From NCBI RefSeq assembly GCF_001194135.2, contig NC_068989.1, forward strand, positions 18,752,196-18,815,899: a stretch of DNA of 63,704 nucleotides, written 5' to 3'. Positions 61,515 to 63,704 of the stretch are shown here, in pieces (the first letter of the stretch is position 1; each line of letters begins with the position of its first letter). This stretch comes from Octopus bimaculoides. Lineage: Eukaryota. The notes beneath the pieces were generated by a model, which saw only the letters and a list, made by a program, of their open reading frames with translations, did no database searches and was not told the DNA's origin. Position numbers and translations under genes: made by a program.

Positions 61515-61717
61515 TTATACGACAGGCTTCTTTCAGTTTCCATCTACCAAATCCACTCACAAGGCTTTGGTCAGCCCGAGGCTATAGTAGAAGACACTTG
61601 CCCAAGGTGCCACACAGTGGGACTGAACCCGGAACCGTGTGGTTCGTAAGCAAGCTACTTACCACACAGCCACTCTNNNNNNNNNNNNNNNNNNNNNNNN
61701 NNNNNNNNNNNNNNNNN

Positions 61718-61752
<35 letters not shown>

Positions 61753-62465
61753 TTATACGACAGGCTTCTTTCAGTTTCCATCTACCAAATCCACTCACAA
61801 GGCTTTGGTCAGCCCGAGGCTATAGTAGAAGACACTTGCCCAAGGTGCCACACAGTGGGACTGAACCCGGAACCGTGTGGTTCGTAAGCAAGCTACTTAC
61901 CACACAGCCACTCTTGAGGAGCTTACTTTGAAAATTGCTATAAGTGCATATTTGGTCGATTTCATGATAACCATTAAAACACAATCAGCAAACTGATGGG
62001 TTCACACACGTGAAATTTTTTTTAGTCAAACTGGGATAGATGCCATATAGACAGTAGGCGAATCTTAGTCTTTTAATCAAAATCAGATATATTCAAGATG
62101 TTGTTTTCAACAGTTACGCAAAAGTCGTTCCGATGCATATATCTGGTTTTGAAAGTAAGCTCTTCATATATTCATAACTCATGCTGTATTGTTATTCTGG
62201 TGGTCATACTGACTGTCTGGCTAAATGTAAATTGATATAATAGGTGAAGACATAGCAAGATAGTTAAGAAGTTCACTTTACAGTCTTTAGTTTCGAGTAC
62301 GGTCTTGTGCTGCACCTTGAGCAAGTATCTTCTGTTATGGGACCAGACGGACCAATCTTTAGGGGTCGATAAATAAAGTACCAGTTACGCACTGGAGTCG
62401 ATGCAATCGACTTAATCCCTTTGTCTGTCCTTGTTTGTCCCCTCTATGTTTAGCCCCTTGTGGGC

Positions 62466-62836
62466 TTGTTGTTGGCACTCCGTCGCTTACGACGTCGAGG
62501 GTTCTAGTTGATCCAATCAACGGAACAGCCTGCTCGTGAAATTAACGTGCAAGTGGCAGAGCACTCCACAGACACGTGTACCCTTAACGTAGTTCTCGGG
62601 GATATTCAGCGCGACACAGTGTGACAAGGCTGACCCTTTGAATTACAGGCACAACAGAAACAGGAAATAAAAGTGAGAGAAAGTTGTGGTGGAAGAGTAC
62701 AGCAGGGTTCGCCACCATCCCCTGCCGGAGCCTCGTGGGGCTTTAGGTGTATTCGCTCAATAAACACTCACAACGCCCGGTCTGGGAATCGAAACCGCGA
62801 GTCCGCTGCCTTAACCACTGGGCCATTGCGCCTCCA
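62466..62836 (-). mobile_element. Young SINE family C copy nested in a family B SINE
   Basis: 12-bp TSD CCCCTTGTGGGC at 62454-62465 and 62837-62848; CpG intact. Confidence 0.85.
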
Positions 62837-63704
62837 CCCCTTGTGGGCAATAAAGAATTAAGGAACTATGGAAGGCTATCATATGTGTACTCACTGTATC
62901 CGACTTCTTTGCTTGTCACCATCTGAGTGAAACGATGGTGCGATGTTTGCACTCCTTATTGACATTACAGCCGGTCGTCCTATGCTTTTTAAAGACTAAC
63001 TGAATAAAATATCACTAAACTTTTTTTTTTTTTTAATATACCAAATACTTAGTAGCATTTGTTTTCAATCTGCTACAGTCAACTTTCAAGTTTTCCGTGT
63101 TTGCTGTGAATGTCTTTCTGTGTAAAATATTTGTTATTACTATTAATCGCACGTTGTCAGCTATTAAGTTACATAACTAGATATCAATGTAAGGGAGATC
63201 ACTCTATTTCGTGGAAGTACAGCAACTTGATAGCAGACGCGCTAGCTTTCGCTAAATGAATTTCGACGAAGTTGCTCATTTACCATTACTGCTGAAGCGG
63301 CTTTCACCTGGCTGCTCGACTTGCTGGAAATAGCAGCCAAATCTCCCTCAAATCACGCCCTGTCAATTTCAAAATGACATTGGATAATATATTTCGAGGA
63401 ATTGTGTTAAGCTGATAAAGCAGATCTATGATAGTAGCTGGAATGCTTTGATTATTGATCTATTCGATAGCAACACATGCACGCGCGCACATGTGTATGT
63501 GTGCTTGTATGTATCTGCGATGGTTTTTGGTAAGCAGCGTCGATTTTTTTTTTTTTTTTAATTTGTAAATAATGATAATAATACTATTTTATAAGCTTAA
63601 AGCTTATAAGCAATCTACTTGCAATGAGCGAAGAAAATGGTCTAATAATAAGGCACATAAGCTGAGTGAACTGGAGCAACGTGAAATAAAATGTCTTGCT
63701 CAAG

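Noticed and set aside
62895-62979. Minus-strand 85-nt segment with a gtgagt donor and one open frame
   Set aside because: Poor acceptor, no recognisable product or partner exon within the window.

Overview
AT-rich, repeat-dense eukaryotic scaffold with many N-gaps. The SINE/RTE repeat landscape looks like an octopod cephalopod (inference). I found no CRISPR array, rRNA or true tRNA gene, and most ORFs in the supplied track are repeat or gap artefacts. Splice-aware reading reconstructs two intron-rich plus-strand genes that the ORF track shows only in fragments. (1) A compact CLCC1/MCLC-like ER membrane protein: 7 exons, 934-16719, about 375 aa, every intron phase 0. (2) A surface protein I cannot assign to a named gene (about 35.6-55.7 kb), built from four two-exon, Cys-patterned, probably helical modules (phase 1-2 / 2-1) and ending in a GPI-signal-like hydrophobic tail; at least one exon must lie in an assembly gap. 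The rest is nested mobile DNA: RTE LINE 3' ends, several SINE families, Tc1, mariner, MULE, hAT MITEs with 8-bp TSDs, Helitron ends, an R4/Dong fragment in TAA repeats, a solo LTR, a Gypsy LTR with PBS, and a Penelope-type minimal hammerhead ribozyme motif. All family assignments come from recalled motifs; no database search was run. Repeat boundaries are approximate unless a TSD or TIR is quoted.
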